Assembly: GCA_000165345.1 (NCBI GenBank)
Contig: CM000430.1
Coordinates: 576,001-640,000, forward strand
Direction of reading: 5' to 3'
DNA: 64,000 nucleotides
Part shown: positions 20,294 through 31,008 of the stretch, one piece after another
Numbering within the stretch: the first letter of the stretch is position 1
How the letters are laid out: every line of letters starts with the position of its first letter
The notes under the pieces: model-generated
Databases searched by the model: none
The model's input: only the letters and a program-made list of their open reading frames with translations
What the model was told of the DNA's origin: nothing
Made by a program: the position numbers and the translations under genes

Positions 20294-23200
20294 ATGTACA
20301 AATTCAATAATTTATTAGGAGTGCCATATAATGGAGGCGATATTCTTTTTTTCTCAGATTCGTCAAACTTGGTCTCTAATGTGGACAATAGGATTTGTGT
20401 TCATGATATAAAATTTAACAGAACCCATGTATTGGGATGTGAAGCAAGAAGTAATATAAGCAAGATGTGCCTTTCACCTGACGAGAGCATTCTAATTTGT
20501 GTAGACGAAGATAATTATGGCTCAATTGTCAACTTTTCAAAAGGGCTTATTCTTAATAGAATGCAATTTCCCGGTTCAGTTGGATTCATTTGCTATAGCC
20601 ACAATGGAAATTACGTTGCTGCAGCAATTGATTCTGGAATATATATATGGCATGCTCCATGTATATCAAAAGGTTGGCAATTGATATTAAAGAGAAAGCA
20701 TATTATCCACAACTCTAAGGTTAATTCTTTAGATTGGAGTAGGTGCGATCGTTTTTTACTTACGGCTAGCAATGACATGACTGTAAGGCTTATCAGCATT
20801 GAAAAGATTGACCATTTTGACACTGTAGCCTTTATTGCCCACAAAAATCCAGTTGTTGGCTCCTACTTCACGAAAAACATGCAATTCATATTTTCTGTAA
20901 GCTCTGAAGGCGTTATAATATTCTGGAAACCTTCATCCAAAAAGGAAAGTCAAGGTAAGAAAGTTTTTACCCCCCAAAAAATTCTCCCTAGACAAATTAA
21001 GAAATCTAGGGCAAATACTAAATTAGCCTTAGACATAGATTCAGACATTGAACCAGAATTTTATGATGGAATAAGAAGTAAATATTGGATTGAGGCCCTG
21101 AGAGCATATGTAAATCAATCAAAAGGAGCGATTATTACAGGCTGTGCATTTAATTATGAAAAGAACCTGGCTGCAATTTCAACATCTAATGGAGTATTTA
21201 CCTTATATGGAATTTCAGTTGGGCTGGATTCTGACTCTTTCGACCCAAGTAATGTCTTAATTAATTCAATCCATACGTTTTCACTTTCTAACTCCCCTTT
21301 AACTTCACTAAAATTTGGTGCAAAAGGCGAATGGCTGGCAGTTGGAGCTGCAAAAACTGGTCAGCTTATCATTTGGGAATGGCAATCAGAGTCGTATATA
21401 CTTAAGCAGCAAGGCCATTCTTTTGGTATACAATCTTCTGGTTTTAGCCCGGTAGGATTAACTCAAGGGAAATGGAATGGAAAAGCTTCTCATGACGATT
21501 ATCTTGGCATTGGATCAAGAACAATAATTGCAACAGGAGGGGTTGACGGCAAAGTAAAGCTTTGGGATATTAGTTCAGGATATAATTTTGCGACATTTTC
21601 AGATCACATCGCCCCAGTTTCTAAAGTTATTTTTAATCCCCAAGGTAATGCCATCCTATCCGCTTCCCTCGATGGTTCAATCAGAGCATATGATATTATG
21701 AGATACAGAAACTTCAGGACTTTAACAGCCGACGAAGATACAGGCGTTCAGTTCACATGTGTTGCAATTGATAGAGCTGGTGATTTAGTAGTAGCAGGCA
21801 GTCAGGGCGAAGAATGCAAAATTTATGTCTGGAGTTTCCAAACCGGTAAGCTAGTAGATAAATTGTCTGGGCATACATCCAACATAGTTGACATCGCGTT
21901 TTGTCCTTCGCTTTCTAGCCCTGGCATTTTAGCTTCTGCTTCATGGGACGGCACTGTTAGAATATGGGATCTTTATGCACGTGTTGGTAAAGGAGCAACA
22001 GGGGAAACCTTAGTACACTCTTCTTCCGTGCTTTCAATAGCATTTGACCCTAGAGGGAATAATATGCTTGCAACCAGTTCTTTGTCCGGGAGTATTACTT
22101 TCTGGGATATAAATAAGGGCACTGTTGAAGGTAGTATTGATGGTCTAAGAGATATTCATAGCGGAAGGAGCTCTTCAAGTGCATTTTCTGCAAATAACAG
22201 CAAAGGCGGTGGCGGAAGACTTGGAGCAAAAACAAACCAAAATATTAATAGAAACCAACACTTCTCATCTATCTGTTACAATAGCAATGGAAGATTTCTT
22301 CTTGCCTCCTCTAGAAATTCAGCTAGAGTATGCCTTTATGATACATTAACCTTTACTTTGGTTTCTACTGTTCAACTAACAAATTCTCGTTTCTTTTCGG
22401 GAATTAGAATGGAGCTTAATTCCAATTTAAATTCCAACAAAAAGAAAAAAAGAATCCCCGATTCTGAAAATCCTGATGAAATTTGGAGTTCTTCAAATAG
22501 ATTAAGCGAGAAAGAGAAGATTATTCATGAACATAATTCTTTACCAGGAACTATTGTTGGGGAGTTCTCAAGCCCTAGCAGGCAATCTCATTTTTCTGTA
22601 TATGAGGTGGCATTTTCCCAAAACTCATCGCATTGGATTGCTTCTACTAGCCATGGAGCATTCCTTTTCTGCATTGATACTCTAGGAAATTCATATTCAG
22701 GCTCTTCAACTCACTTAAACATGTTAGATACTTTTAAAAAGCAAATAATGACAAAAGAGGTAAATGTGAGCAATATTGATCATTTTCTCAAAGAAGGAGA
22801 TTTTTTAAGAGGCTTGATTCTTGCATTGGCAATGAATAATTTCAATATACTTGCAAAGGCGTATGTCCAAATTCCAATTACTTCGATTGACTACATTGTA
22901 CAGAATATTGTTTCATTTTTTCTTCCAAATATACTAAACTTTTTAAGAATTGTAACAAGCCCTAATAATAAACAATTTTTCAGATTAGAACGCCATCTTA
23001 TTTGGGTTGAATCTATTATCAGAATCCATGGGAATACATTCCTAAATGTAAATGAAACTATTAGTGAATCTCTAAATAACAGTAAAACTGTTTTTGAAAA
23101 TAATGCAGCGAACAAAAATAGTGAGGAGAGCGAAAAGCTTAAACAAAACAAACTCGCAATATTGTCTACAAATCTCAGTGACTGTGACACAAGAAGTATT

Positions 23201-23305
23201 TTTCTTGCAATTTTGATGAATATCTCTCAAATTTACTCATTTTCAAGGCAAATATATGACTCCAATTGCTCTATATTGCATTATATTTCATCTAAACTAA
23301 TATAG
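20294..23305 (+). CDS. PWP2: periodic tryptophan protein 2 (PWP2/UTP1), SSU-processome WD40 protein
   Basis: N-terminus MYKFNNLLGVPYNGGDILFFSDSSNLVSNVDNRICVHDIKFNRTHVL parallels yeast Pwp2 (FSNLLGTVYRQGNITFSDDGKQLLSPVGNRVSVFDL). Multiple WD repeats follow (VKLWDISSGYNF, GTVRIWDLYARV), then a C-terminal alpha-helical domain. Length ~1000 aa as expected. Confidence 0.75.
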   Translation: MYKFNNLLGVPYNGGDILFFSDSSNLVSNVDNRICVHDIKFNRTHVLGCEARSNISKMCLSPDESILICVDEDNYGSIVNFSKGLILNRMQFPGSVGFICYSHNGNYVAAAIDSGIYIWHAPCISKGWQLILKRKHIIHNSKVNSLDWSRCDRFLLTASNDMTVRLISIEKIDHFDTVAFIAHKNPVVGSYFTKNMQFIFSVSSEGVIIFWKPSSKKESQGKKVFTPQKILPRQIKKSRANTKLALDIDSDIEPEFYDGIRSKYWIEALRAYVNQSKGAIITGCAFNYEKNLAAISTSNGVFTLYGISVGLDSDSFDPSNVLINSIHTFSLSNSPLTSLKFGAKGEWLAVGAAKTGQLIIWEWQSESYILKQQGHSFGIQSSGFSPVGLTQGKWNGKASHDDYLGIGSRTIIATGGVDGKVKLWDISSGYNFATFSDHIAPVSKVIFNPQGNAILSASLDGSIRAYDIMRYRNFRTLTADEDTGVQFTCVAIDRAGDLVVAGSQGEECKIYVWSFQTGKLVDKLSGHTSNIVDIAFCPSLSSPGILASASWDGTVRIWDLYARVGKGATGETLVHSSSVLSIAFDPRGNNMLATSSLSGSITFWDINKGTVEGSIDGLRDIHSGRSSSSAFSANNSKGGGGRLGAKTNQNINRNQHFSSICYNSNGRFLLASSRNSARVCLYDTLTFTLVSTVQLTNSRFFSGIRMELNSNLNSNKKKKRIPDSENPDEIWSSSNRLSEKEKIIHEHNSLPGTIVGEFSSPSRQSHFSVYEVAFSQNSSHWIASTSHGAFLFCIDTLGNSYSGSSTHLNMLDTFKKQIMTKEVNVSNIDHFLKEGDFLRGLILALAMNNFNILAKAYVQIPITSIDYIVQNIVSFFLPNILNFLRIVTSPNNKQFFRLERHLIWVESIIRIHGNTFLNVNETISESLNNSKTVFENNAANKNSEESEKLKQNKLAILSTNLSDCDTRSIFLAILMNISQIYSFSRQIYDSNCSILHYISSKLI

Positions 23306-23450
23306 AAATAATTATAGATTATATAAACCTTTCTAATTTTTTTAAATTAATTTGATTATGCTATCTTTATTTTTTATTTCAGAATCAATGAGCAATTTTC
23401 AATATTTTAAGTTTTTTTTAAATATTTCACAGTGTATTTTAATCCCCACA

Positions 23451-23502
23451 ATGCATGCATAATTAACATGAATTGCAGGCATGACTATTATTTGCATGCA
23501 TG
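23451..23502. promoter_or_regulatory. cluster of GCATGCA(T) words upstream of the KDEL-receptor-like gene
   Basis: ATGCATGCAT (23451-23460) and TTTGCATGCATGG (23491-23503), plus ATCATGCAA. (TGCATGCA is a word reported as over-represented upstream of apicomplexan genes and bound by an AP2 factor.). Confidence 0.4.
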
Positions 23503-23766
23503 GATAACAAAATCATGCAAAAAAATGGTTATATATTTGAAACATTTGAAGACGAAAAATTTTCTTTCGTAATGCTTTTTGCTTTGATTTGAGTATTTAT
23601 TGTCTTTACAAGAGGAACAAAAAAATAAAACATCCGGCTACCAGTAATTGGAGTTAATTATTGAAAGCAAGTTTATTAATCAGACAAGAACAGTAAATTG
23701 GTAATTCTTTAAAACTTAAAAGTAATTTTTATAGATAGCCAAATTGGAATTGTTAAATTATAAGGT

Positions 23767-24708
23767 TTGTTAGACTTGAAGATGATGATGTATTCGGGGC
23801 ATATTTCAAGCAAGTTAGAAAATGACAAATTATCATATAGTTGCTACCAAGGCAGGGAAAAATTGGAATATAATGAAAGTTGGTTTAATAAAATCAAGAA
23901 TAGAAGTGAAGTTGGAGTATCATACCAAAGCCAACTTGAAATTTTATTCTGGATAGCATTTTGTCTATTATTAATGGTTGGGTATAAGTACCTTTCGGAT
24001 GGAAGTTTTTCAGCAATATTGACACTTTCTTCAGCCTTTCAGTGCTTTGCATTTCTATTATTGGCATCAAAGGTAAATACTCAGTGCTCTCTTTCGGGAA
24101 TTTCACTAAGAAGCCAAATACTGTATTCAATAGCTTTAATTTCAAAACTATCTTCTACCTTATTTTTTAATGGATATTTACCAGTAGATAGATCTGGGGA
24201 CTGGGTATACCAAGTGGCTGATGTTGTTTCATTGGCTATTTCTTTATTATTAATTTACTGGGGGAATACAAAGCTCAAGTATCAATATAAATTTGATAAA
24301 GATTCAGTAAATATCGTGATTCCTATAGTATTTTCTGCTATTTTAGCCGCAATTATACACCCAGATTTGAATAGTTATTTCCCTGCCGACTTTGCTTGGA
24401 CATTTTCATTGTATTTGGAGACAACAGCTATGTTACCGCAGCTTGTTATGATGACGAAAATTGGAGGCGAAGTTGAAACTCTTACAAGTCATTATTTGGC
24501 ATCATTGGCAACATCAAAGATTCTTTCATTTGTATTTTGGCTTTTTTCTTATAGAGAGCTTGCTCCAGAACATGGAAAAAACGTTCCTGGTTGGACTGTA
24601 ATGGCTTCCTTTGCGATTCAAATTATTCTTTTTACAGACTTTTTGTATGCATACATTAAATCTGTTCGCTTAGGAAAAGCATTGATTATTCCTACAAGTA
24701 TTGTATAA
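23767..24708 (+). CDS. KDEL (ER-lumen protein-retaining) receptor family protein, N-terminally extended
   Basis: Seven-helix pattern; [37 protein letters not shown] matches ERD2 [50 protein letters not shown] matches SCAGISGKSQILFA. The true start Met may be internal (MMMYSGH..). Confidence 0.65.
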   Translation: [313 protein letters not shown]

Positions 24709-24907
24709 ATTAATGCTTTTGTTTCCACTCCCAGAAATTGATACAGTCTAATATAAGAAATTTATATTATAAATTGAAAAGAAACTTTAAAGTTTGAATT
24801 GCTTTAATGTAGCCAATAAGTCAAAAAGTTACATAAAGTACAGAAATGATTTATAGTACAAATATATAATATAGTATACAAAATAACAGTGCTTCTTATT
24901 TGGAATG

Positions 24908-26692
24908 CTAATTATTAATATGATAAGCATTCGGAGGAATTTTCTGATTTATTGAATTACTATTTTTTTCAACATTAAAATTTTGAAATTCAGTATTCTG
25001 ACTTTTTGCTGGACATTGGTTACTTTGCATAGAGAAAATGTGCGGACGAATATCAATCATTCCTTTAAATTCCTCACTTGATTCGTTGAAGTTCTCTTGA
25101 AGTTTTTGCTGGAAATTTGACACATTTATTCTATCAGTTATATTCTCATTTATTACTTCATACATAGATGAGAGTATTGTAATTGTTTGCATTCTAAAAT
25201 TCTTCAAGGAATTGGCAATTTCTATAAAATTCTCATCCGAATACTTTTCAAATTCTACACAACCGCTTTTTAGCTCTTCAATGATCTTCGAATTCCTTTT
25301 TATTTGCCTTTGCAGCTTCTCTTCATTCTTGAAAAGGTCATCACTAATGTAGCTAACCAGATCTTTGATACTTGATATCTTATCAGTTATAGTTTTTGAA
25401 AGCTCGTCCCCAAATAAGAAGCCACTTTCCTCTTCTTGCTTTTTTCTGAGAGAAAAATATTCATCATTTAGTTCTTTAATAGCTGACTGTATAAGCTCTG
25501 AACGGTTATTTAATTCCTTTTCCAACCTTTCAATTTGTTCTTTATTAAATAATTCATCGTTTTTAATGCTAATAAAGCTATCTTGTATACTATCAACTTC
25601 ATTTTTTACCCCTTGGATTCTATTCTCTAACTTTGCTATCATATCGCTCTCAGCTGACCTATTCATTAGCTCATCTTTAATCAAAAGATTAATATCTTCG
25701 AGTCTTTTTTCCGTGTTTTTTTCATCTTTAGCATTCTTATTACGAATTTCTCCAATACCTTTCTCAAGAGTTTCGATTCTACCTTGTGTAATAATTCTTA
25801 CAAAATCTTTGAATAGCTGCCTAATTAAACAAAGATTTTCAAGTTCTAATTCATCTAAATTATTCCCTATCCCGACTAAATTCTCATCTTCAACAAAAAC
25901 ATCTCTTAGAATTTCGTATATTAGCATCTTGCTCCCTTCAAGTTTTCCATTTTGATTACGCTCGTAACAACTACAACTTCCATTACTTGAGGACTTTTCC
26001 GTACAAGAGCATAGGCAGGAACAGGAACTTGAATCAGAACTTGATAATGTGTTCGAATTTAAATTCGAATCCAAATTTTCATCATCTTTTTGATTTTTTT
26101 GTGGCATTGTTAACATAGTATTTCCAACCACTCTGTTTCCAATGGAAGTCTTCAAATCTTTTAGTTCTAGAGCAATCTCCTGGATCTGTAATGCAATATC
26201 TCTAACAGTTGATTCCATTATTGACTGTTGTACTTTTAAATCTGTAATGTTTCTCTGCAGCTCGAGATGGTGATGAGCGCAATTCTTATCCAATTTATCC
26301 GCTAGTGTCCTTTCGAGATTCGATACTGATTTTTCTACCATATTATTTATATATTGCTCGTTTGCTATCCCAAGAATATTTTCAGCTAAGCCTTCCAGAG
26401 CTTCAACTTTACTGCTCTTGTATGCAGAATTGCCTTGGCAATTGTTGCAGCAGTTTCTAGAATTCTTTAAGTTTTCATTTCCTATTCTGGCATTATGGCT
26501 CCTTTTTGGAAATACTACTCTTTTGGAAATATAATTCCTGGGTCGATTTACTACCTGTAATTTTTCTACTAAACAACTCATCTCAGTTTGTATTATTCTA
26601 TAATTCCTTTGTAATTCTTCAATCACATCTTCTATATGCTCCGCCCATTCTGAAACATCCTCAACTGTTGACTGTGAATCGTAATCATCCAT
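24908..26692 (-). CDS. hypothetical coiled-coil protein with internal Cys/Ser cluster
   Basis: 594 aa, largely heptad/charged. Segment SSSDSSSCSCLCSCTEKSSSNGSCSCY at about 25975-26045. Confidence 0.5.
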   Translation of the reverse strand: MDDYDSQSTVEDVSEWAEHIEDVIEELQRNYRIIQTEMSCLVEKLQVVNRPRNYISKRVVFPKRSHNARIGNENLKNSRNCCNNCQGNSAYKSSKVEALEGLAENILGIANEQYINNMVEKSVSNLERTLADKLDKNCAHHHLELQRNITDLKVQQSIMESTVRDIALQIQEIALELKDLKTSIGNRVVGNTMLTMPQKNQKDDENLDSNLNSNTLSSSDSSSCSCLCSCTEKSSSNGSCSCYERNQNGKLEGSKMLIYEILRDVFVEDENLVGIGNNLDELELENLCLIRQLFKDFVRIITQGRIETLEKGIGEIRNKNAKDEKNTEKRLEDINLLIKDELMNRSAESDMIAKLENRIQGVKNEVDSIQDSFISIKNDELFNKEQIERLEKELNNRSELIQSAIKELNDEYFSLRKKQEEESGFLFGDELSKTITDKISSIKDLVSYISDDLFKNEEKLQRQIKRNSKIIEELKSGCVEFEKYSDENFIEIANSLKNFRMQTITILSSMYEVINENITDRINVSNFQQKLQENFNESSEEFKGMIDIRPHIFSMQSNQCPAKSQNTEFQNFNVEKNSNSINQKIPPNAYHINN

Positions 26693-27609
26693 GTTGAAGA
26701 AATCTCAAGGAAAATTAGGCTTTAATATATTTTCAATAATATCTTTTATTAGCCTTTATTCAATCAATCCAATTTTATTTTTCCTCGGCTTGGTGCATTA
26801 TTTTTTTTATTGTGTGTATTGTTGAAATTTTGTTTCTTTGAAATAAAAAGAAATTGTGTGCCAAAGGTTTTAATAAAGCCAGAATTTTATATTTTATAAT
26901 ATTAAGGCTTTGAATCTAAAGCATTAATATTATCTTTGTTCTTTAATCATATATTTAAATTCATTATTCTTTTTAATTTATTCCCTAAAAACCTTAAAAA
27001 AATATATACTGTAAAAAAAAAGCATATTGAAATTTGTTTTCCCTTTATTAGTCGCTTTTAACCTCAGTAAAAGCAGCGTTTGCTCACAACCAATAAACCA
27101 CCCCAAGTGAGAGCAAATGAACCGAACTAGAACAGAATGCAACAGAGAGAGGCGCTAAAACATGAAGGGTTTGTAGAATGACATTAGAGCTACTATCAAA
27201 ACTAAATATTTTTTATGGAGTTAAAAACGAGAAGATAGACTCAGTAGAATGAACCATCTGTTCCCACTACATAGCCTATTCTCAATGAATTCGACTATAA
27301 TATACTTTGGGAATTAATGTAACTACTTGCATAAGCGTTCGAGCTACTTTTAAGATTCTTCTTAAATAAATGCTCAGAATTAACTTTTTTTTCAACATAA
27401 CAAAGGAATATCATATCAATAGCTATTTGCGACGAAAAATAGCATTGACCAATCCTAAATACAGAATCAGCTATAAAAAATCCCAAAGGCTAAATTAAAG
27501 GAGCGACTAGATATATATATTTATATATATAAGCAAATCCATCACTTGAAATAAACTATCAGTTTTTTTAATTGCCTGTTGAAATTATAATCACAAACCC
27601 GCGCAAATA

Positions 27610-30600
27610 TTAATTGTTTTTTGATTTATTTTTACGATCCCATCCGGACCTATTAGACACTACACCTGCATGGTTAGGCAGAGATAACATGATATTATTT
27701 CCATTATTATTTCCATTATTACCAATAGTTTGGTCCGAAGGAATCCCAACAGATTTAGAAAAGTGCGCACCGTTCATACTATGATTCTGAGAAGGTTGAA
27801 CAAACGCTGAATTTGTAGATTGAACTCCAAATGAATGATAATCATAATGACATGAGGCTGCCATACCATTTCCAATACCAGAAACGCCACCCCCGTTATA
27901 AGTAGAAAAGTGGGAATTTCCGTCCATGGAATGATGATAAAAATTATGAATATTGCTTTCACTTGCTTCCTGCATTCCAAATGTGTTTTGAGTAGGATTC
28001 ATATGATTTGGGTTGTGCTGGAGATTGACAAATTCAGTTGATGGATTACTACCTTGTTGGTCATACAATGGATATGGGCGTTGATCCTGCCCTACTAACT
28101 GTTTAGGACCCTTACTAGCCCCTGCACATTGATTTGAAAATACACGTTTTGATTGTCCACCATTAACTGATCTTCCTGTAGAAAGATTGCTATTGAGTAC
28201 TTGAGCATTAGTTTGATGGGGAGCATGAAGGTGAATATTATGCTGATTATGAGTAGACATAGGCTGCGCAGCTCCAATATCATATCTTATTTCATTTTTA
28301 GCATTATTCATACTGTTAAATCTGGATACACCAACTTGTGGAACAGTCAAAGAATGGTGATTCCCAGATCCTCCCAAAATAGATTTTTCATTTGCAAGGG
28401 AAATATGTGTGGAGGGGTAGGCTGTTGGTGGTTGTAGTGAGTGAGGTTGATGTTGAAATCCTCCAGACTTTGTCCCCTTCGCTAACCCATTCATAGAGCC
28501 TATACCATTCGTTCCTTTATATGCATTATCAAAACGGGATTTACTAACACTTCCACTAATTGACTTGTTGGGCAAGTTGGTACTAGTACTTGAGGCAGAA
28601 TTAGACGAATATTTAGGTAATAGGTTTGTAACTTTGGTTACCAGTTCATACAAAGAAGAACTTGTGTTATTATCTAGAGAATAAATACCCATTGTTACTC
28701 CATTTATTATCTCATTTATAGAATTGATTTCTAAGGAATTTGCAGGATATCCTGAAGCAATAGCTTCTGCCACAAAGTCCTGAGTTTGCTTCACAATTTT
28801 CTGAATATTATCTAAAGAACCTCCATTTTTGTGGATATTTGCCAGAGAAGAGCCTTGAGCAGACAAAGTAAAAGCGTTAGAATCGGGCTTCGAATCGTAA
28901 TGCTTCTCATTGTTGAGCTTTGTGATGCCCCTGGTCTTTGCAATCATTGAGAAGTCGGGATATGGTAATGGTATCAAAGTAAACTCGTCTGGGCCAACAT
29001 TCTCGACAGTCCAAACATCCGGGAACGCCTCTACAAAATGAAGTAAATTTGTCCAACCAAGTATTTCAATATTTAAAGGAATTTCATAAAATTGTGAAAA
29101 TTCACTTTCTAAAATATCCAAAGGAAGAAAATCTAATGAGCTTTTAGGGATGTAGTGAGGAGCCAATCGTTTGCTTATCCATCTTCGCAAAAGGAAGTGA
29201 ACCCCTTGTAAAACTATCATTAAAGATGTTTGAGGTATATTATCCTTGCCAACGTTTACTATGGATGTCACTCCTGAAGATGTAGTTGTAGTGGATGAAT
29301 GAGATGAAAGAGCTACTGAAGAAGTTCCATTAGTAATGACTCCATTTTTTGAGCTTGAATTATCAATTTCAAATGTATCATCATCATCAGATATTAAAGA
29401 AGAGCCCTTTGTTGGTTGATTGGAATTTGTATTTACGATACTATTTGCACCCTGATCTTTCTTAATTTTGTTTGTACCACCAGCTAACACATTTTCTCCA
29501 ATAGAGGAACCTGAGGAATCTTTGCCTTGATGCTGTCTTGGGAGTTGGTTCGGAGATACAACACTACTTGTATTATATACATGATCAGAAATAGTGCCTG
29601 TTGATCCTGTGACTGCTAATCCTGAAGGGCCACCGGTTCCATTTATATTTTGTGGAACTTGGGGTCCGAAGCCAGAGAACGTTGGTGGCAGTGCTCCCAT
29701 CTTCCAAAATGCTTCAGCAGCTAACTTGAAGTCCGCAAAAGAAACAGTTACCGATTGCGCCGGAAGCAATAGTGGGGTAACACCCGATGAAAGATTAACT
29801 TTGAAAATTGGAGACAGTTTTGGAATGTTCGAAGAATCTATTATAGTATGTGGGCCTTCTATAAAAATATGAGGTAAAGCCTGTACTAAGCCCAATAATC
29901 CATTTTGAATTATGCATGACTGGAAGAATGAAGTTGCATCATGCTCAAAACGGAAACTAGTAAAGGAGTCATATAACATCGGAATATGTATCATAGGAAC
30001 TCCATGGCTGACCATAGGACCTAGTTGGCTAAGAGCAGAATGAAGTACTAAATGCAAAAGCCATTCAAATTCTACCGGTGATGCTGGGGGAGTTTTTGGC
30101 CATTCTATTTGAATAGGGGCTACAATGCCTCCTCTAGGAATAAATCCCATTCCAATATTACCAGACATATTGTTGTATAGAGGTTGAGATGAAGAATAAT
30201 TTGGAGGTAGAGATGGCATTCCCCCCATGGCCACGCTACTTCCTATCATCTGCTTTTCAATTCCAGAGGTATGATCTTGGAGAGCTGCGGATACAATCAT
30301 ATTACCTTGTAGCCCAGTTAAAGTTGGGGAAACAGGCTTTCTATTTGGCAAAATATGGGAGATAAACCCTCCACCACCTTCAAAAGTTGCTCTTCCTATC
30401 TCTTCAATAATTGCTTCTACAATCTCTAGCTCGCGCGGCTCATTATATCGCACCAATATATGAAGACCTTCTGGGTCATTACCGGTTGTACCTAAAATCT
30501 GAACCTGAGCTCCGCTCTCCTGTTCCATCCATTTCTGATTCGAACCCGAGACACCAATAATTGCACCAGCCAGATTAGAAATACTCGGATGGAACTTTGA

Positions 30601-31008
30601 ACGATCTATTGGGATCTTTTTTGTGTTTCTATAAGATACAGTTTGACCCTGAGAAGGTTGATTAATAGGCGGAGCGACCACAATGTTCCCAGGAACTCCA
30701 ATTGAATTTAAAGAAGGAGAGTTTATACCACCTATTCCCAGAGAGTTTGAAGCCGACGCTGGAATGGGTATTGGCCCCACCGCAACTCCTGAAACTGGTG
30801 AAGGCTGAGTAGGTACATGAGATTGGGTCTGTAAATTTGGATTATTAGAAAATCTAGTACCTGCCCTCCTTTGGTTACTAGAATTGGTTGGACCAGATCT
30901 AACTTTACCCTTTTGCTTTTTCTCAGTCGGTCCAACCTTCGCCAACGGATTCATGGTAGAGATAGTTTCTAGCCCTTCATTGTGGCCCGTAACATTTGGA
31001 TGCCACAT
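27610..31008 (-). CDS. large low-complexity (S/G/N/P/Q-rich) protein with KH-like and possible LOTUS/OST-HTH-like segments
   Basis: 1132-aa ORF. KH-like GAIIGVSGSNQKWMEQESGAQVQI (GxxG loop variant). Segment LQGVHFLLRRWISKRLAPHYIPKSSLDFLPLDILESEFSQFYEIPLNIEILGWTNLLHFVEAFPDVWTV resembles a LOTUS fold. Both are tentative. Confidence 0.5.
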   Translation of the reverse strand: MWHPNVTGHNEGLETISTMNPLAKVGPTEKKQKGKVRSGPTNSSNQRRAGTRFSNNPNLQTQSHVPTQPSPVSGVAVGPIPIPASASNSLGIGGINSPSLNSIGVPGNIVVAPPINQPSQGQTVSYRNTKKIPIDRSKFHPSISNLAGAIIGVSGSNQKWMEQESGAQVQILGTTGNDPEGLHILVRYNEPRELEIVEAIIEEIGRATFEGGGGFISHILPNRKPVSPTLTGLQGNMIVSAALQDHTSGIEKQMIGSSVAMGGMPSLPPNYSSSQPLYNNMSGNIGMGFIPRGGIVAPIQIEWPKTPPASPVEFEWLLHLVLHSALSQLGPMVSHGVPMIHIPMLYDSFTSFRFEHDATSFFQSCIIQNGLLGLVQALPHIFIEGPHTIIDSSNIPKLSPIFKVNLSSGVTPLLLPAQSVTVSFADFKLAAEAFWKMGALPPTFSGFGPQVPQNINGTGGPSGLAVTGSTGTISDHVYNTSSVVSPNQLPRQHQGKDSSGSSIGENVLAGGTNKIKKDQGANSIVNTNSNQPTKGSSLISDDDDTFEIDNSSSKNGVITNGTSSVALSSHSSTTTTSSGVTSIVNVGKDNIPQTSLMIVLQGVHFLLRRWISKRLAPHYIPKSSLDFLPLDILESEFSQFYEIPLNIEILGWTNLLHFVEAFPDVWTVENVGPDEFTLIPLPYPDFSMIAKTRGITKLNNEKHYDSKPDSNAFTLSAQGSSLANIHKNGGSLDNIQKIVKQTQDFVAEAIASGYPANSLEINSINEIINGVTMGIYSLDNNTSSSLYELVTKVTNLLPKYSSNSASSTSTNLPNKSISGSVSKSRFDNAYKGTNGIGSMNGLAKGTKSGGFQHQPHSLQPPTAYPSTHISLANEKSILGGSGNHHSLTVPQVGVSRFNSMNNAKNEIRYDIGAAQPMSTHNQHNIHLHAPHQTNAQVLNSNLSTGRSVNGGQSKRVFSNQCAGASKGPKQLVGQDQRPYPLYDQQGSNPSTEFVNLQHNPNHMNPTQNTFGMQEASESNIHNFYHHSMDGNSHFSTYNGGGVSGIGNGMAASCHYDYHSFGVQSTNSAFVQPSQNHSMNGAHFSKSVGIPSDQTIGNNGNNNGNNIMLSLPNHAGVVSNRSGWDRKNKSKNN

